Below, in pieces: positions 61,940 through 64,000 of a stretch of DNA of 64,000 nucleotides. Numbering within the stretch: position 1 is the stretch's first letter; every line of letters starts with the position of its first letter. Source of the DNA: Candidatus Latescibacterota bacterium (GTDB taxonomy: Bacteria > Latescibacterota > UBA2968 > GCA-2709665); NCBI GenBank assembly GCA_965219455.1, contig OZ244744.1, forward strand, positions 1,376,001 to 1,440,000, read 5' to 3'. A program made the position numbers and the translations under genes. Below the pieces are notes generated by a model, which saw only the letters and a program-made list of their open reading frames with translations, was not told the origin of the DNA and made no database searches.

Positions 61940-63826
61940 CCTCTAATTAAGCGGGTTTTTTGAGATTTTTATGTACAAAAGTACCGGAAAGACTTATCTT
62001 AGTTGGAGTTAGAAGTATCAGACAGTCTGTTGATACACCAACGAAGGGGGTCTTTCCGGTGAAGAGAATATCGGTAAAAGAAAGCCGCAGGAACAGTGTT
62101 AATTGTGGGCGCAAGGTACGTACTCGGCAAAAGCTTGGCGGTCGTTTTTGTGCACAAGGCAAGCCGATGTTTGGCAGCACCTATGTGCATTACGAGGTCA
62201 GCGCGCAAGCAGCAGCGATGAGCTGCGGTGGCATTGCGGCCGTGCATCGTCTGGTGACCAAATTGGGATTGGTCGAAGAGATAGACGAGAAGTTGAAGTT
62301 GTTGAAGGTTCATCTGCCGTATCATGAGTCGGATCACGTGTTGAACCTTGCCTACAACGTGATGTGCGGTGGCACGCGTCTGGAAGACATCGAGCGTTTG
62401 CGGCACGACGAGGCCTACATGAATGCGTTGAACGCGAAGCTGATCCCGGACCCGACGACTGCGGGCGACTTTACGCGTCGCTTCACGGAAGCTGACGTGA
62501 TCGGGCTGATGGACTGCATTAACGCGGTACGGTCTAAGTTGTGGCGCACGCGGGCCGCCAGTTTGCTTTCTTCGGTAGCGTACATCGACGTGGATGGCAC
62601 AAGCGCCCCAACGTATGGGGAGAAGAAGGGCGGCATGGACATCTCCTACAAGGGCGTGTGGGGGTATGCGCCCCTGATCGTATCGTTGGCCAATACCAAA
62701 GAGGTGCTGTATATCGTCAACCGTCCGGGCAACGCGTCTTCTCACCAGGGGGCCGCCCCCTGGATCGATGCGTCCATCCGGGTGGTGAAGCCCCACGCCA
62801 AGCGCGTGTGCCTACGCGGCGACACGGACTTTTCGCTTACGGCTCACCTCGATCGCTGGGCAAAGGACGTCGATTTCATCTTCGGGATGGACTGCAATGA
62901 CGCCTTACGAACACGGGCCAAGGCCCTTGACGAAGCCAACTGGCAGCGCCTGCACCGACCTCACGCGCCCCAGAAAAGGCAGCGGCGCGACAATGAGAAG
63001 CAGCGTATCGTCAAGGCGCGGGGCTACCTCAAGCTGGCGCTGAACTTCGAAGACGTGGCCGAGTTTGACTACCAGCCCGGCAAGTGCAAACGCCCCTACC
63101 GCGTTGTGGCGCTGCGAAAAAACATCAGTAAGGCCAAAGGTGAGCAGACCCTCTTCGACGAAATCCGCTATTTCTTCTACATCACCACGCGCGACGACCT
63201 GACGCCCGCCGAGGTCGTCTTTGCTGCCAACAAACGATGCGACCAGGAAAACGTCATCGAACAGCTCAAGAACGGCGTCAATGCCCTGCGCGTGCCCTTG
63301 TATGACTTGATCAGCAACTGGGCCTACATGGTCATCGCCGCGCTGGCCTGGAACATCAAGGCGTGGTTTGCCTTGATGATGCATCGAAAAAAACACCGCC
63401 GACACTATATCCGTATGGACTTCCGGACCTTCCTCTCACACATCATCCTTTTTCCCTGTCGTGTCGTGCGACACGCCCGAAGCACCACCGTGCGCATCAT
63501 CGGCTATCAGCCGTCACTGAATAGACTCTTGAGCGCCTGGGCTACCATCGAACGCACCGGCTTCACATGACACCCGCACGAACCGTCATCACATACCACG
63601 GGATCCACGACGCCCACGGCGACGTAACGGACAAATACGCCTACACCACAACCAGACACCAACAACACACCCCTAACGCTGCGCTTTACCACACCAACTT
63701 ACACTCCACAAACCTCAAAACGACCTCCCGCGCACCTCAATAGACAACACACATACGTCATTCAACCACAACGTCGCACAAATCTGCAATTCTGTTCACC
63801 AAACACCAATACTCGCTTATTTTAGG
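61940..63826 (+). mobile_element. IS1380-family insertion sequence (1887 bp)
   Basis: Ends CCTCTAATTAAGCGGGT / CCTAAAATAAGCGAGT (CC...GG); 5-bp TSD TTTAG at 61935-61939 and 63827-63831. Confidence 0.93.
62059..63570 (+). CDS. IS1380-family DDE transposase
   Basis: PDPTTAGDF, IDVDGT, YAPL, RPGN, LRGDTDF, RCDQENVIEQLK; GTG start inferred. Confidence 0.93.
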   Translation: MKRISVKESRRNSVNCGRKVRTRQKLGGRFCAQGKPMFGSTYVHYEVSAQAAAMSCGGIAAVHRLVTKLGLVEEIDEKLKLLKVHLPYHESDHVLNLAYNVMCGGTRLEDIERLRHDEAYMNALNAKLIPDPTTAGDFTRRFTEADVIGLMDCINAVRSKLWRTRAASLLSSVAYIDVDGTSAPTYGEKKGGMDISYKGVWGYAPLIVSLANTKEVLYIVNRPGNASSHQGAAPWIDASIRVVKPHAKRVCLRGDTDFSLTAHLDRWAKDVDFIFGMDCNDALRTRAKALDEANWQRLHRPHAPQKRQRRDNEKQRIVKARGYLKLALNFEDVAEFDYQPGKCKRPYRVVALRKNISKAKGEQTLFDEIRYFFYITTRDDLTPAEVVFAANKRCDQENVIEQLKNGVNALRVPLYDLISNWAYMVIAALAWNIKAWFALMMHRKKHRRHYIRMDFRTFLSHIILFPCRVVRHARSTTVRIIGYQPSLNRLLSAWATIERTGFT

Positions 63827-64000
63827 TTTAGCGCGGCGGAGAACCAGACGGCGGCCGGCACGGTGCTGGCGACGGACAGCGATGGGGATGACGACGTCAC
63901 GGGCTACGCGATCACCGGCGGCGCGGACCAGGCGTTCTTCTCCATCGTGCCGGCGTCCGGGGCGCTGACGTTCAAGACGGCGCCGAACTTCGAGGACGCC

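Larger units (their letters stand above)
55644..64000 (+). pseudogene. Giant FN3-LRR(11)-FN3-(cadherin-FN3)n surface protein interrupted by IS; continues past window edge
   Basis: Seven full ~204-aa cadherin+FN3 units; frame resumes (F-S-AAENQTAAG) at 63827 after the IS. Confidence 0.9.

Noticed and set aside
63571-63810. A/C-rich tract as separate element
   Set aside because: Lies inside the IS boundaries; no ORF or structure supported

Overview
GC-rich bacterial chromosomal segment. A TonB-receptor/T9SS-cargo/PorV triad, FlgD/T9SS-type C-terminal domains, a WD40-dockerin protein and giant LRR/FN3/cadherin proteins suggest an FCB-group host-associated organism such as a Latescibacterota/Gemmatimonadota-like sponge symbiont (inference). 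The left and middle parts hold a divergent regulator/hybrid-kinase pair, a catabolic enzyme cluster, a folC-ATP-grasp fusion, rpmB, rimO, folA, thyA and a heparinase-like protein. The right part (34.6-64 kb) is a cluster of repeat-rich surface-protein genes, three of which are broken (amber stop plus MITE, a 2-bp slip, an IS1380-family insertion). The most notable unexplained signals are: (1) two diverged copies, 38.6 kb apart, of an apparent ~115-nt sRNA gene (TTGACA-17-TATATT promoter, conserved hairpins, covarying terminator), each antisense to the upstream region of a gene; (2) a second duplicated promoter-plus-hairpin RNA with a C-rich loop bracketing the WD40 gene; (3) 72-bp LRR cassettes with a near-constant framework and hypervariable NNT/NNC codons at concave-face positions.
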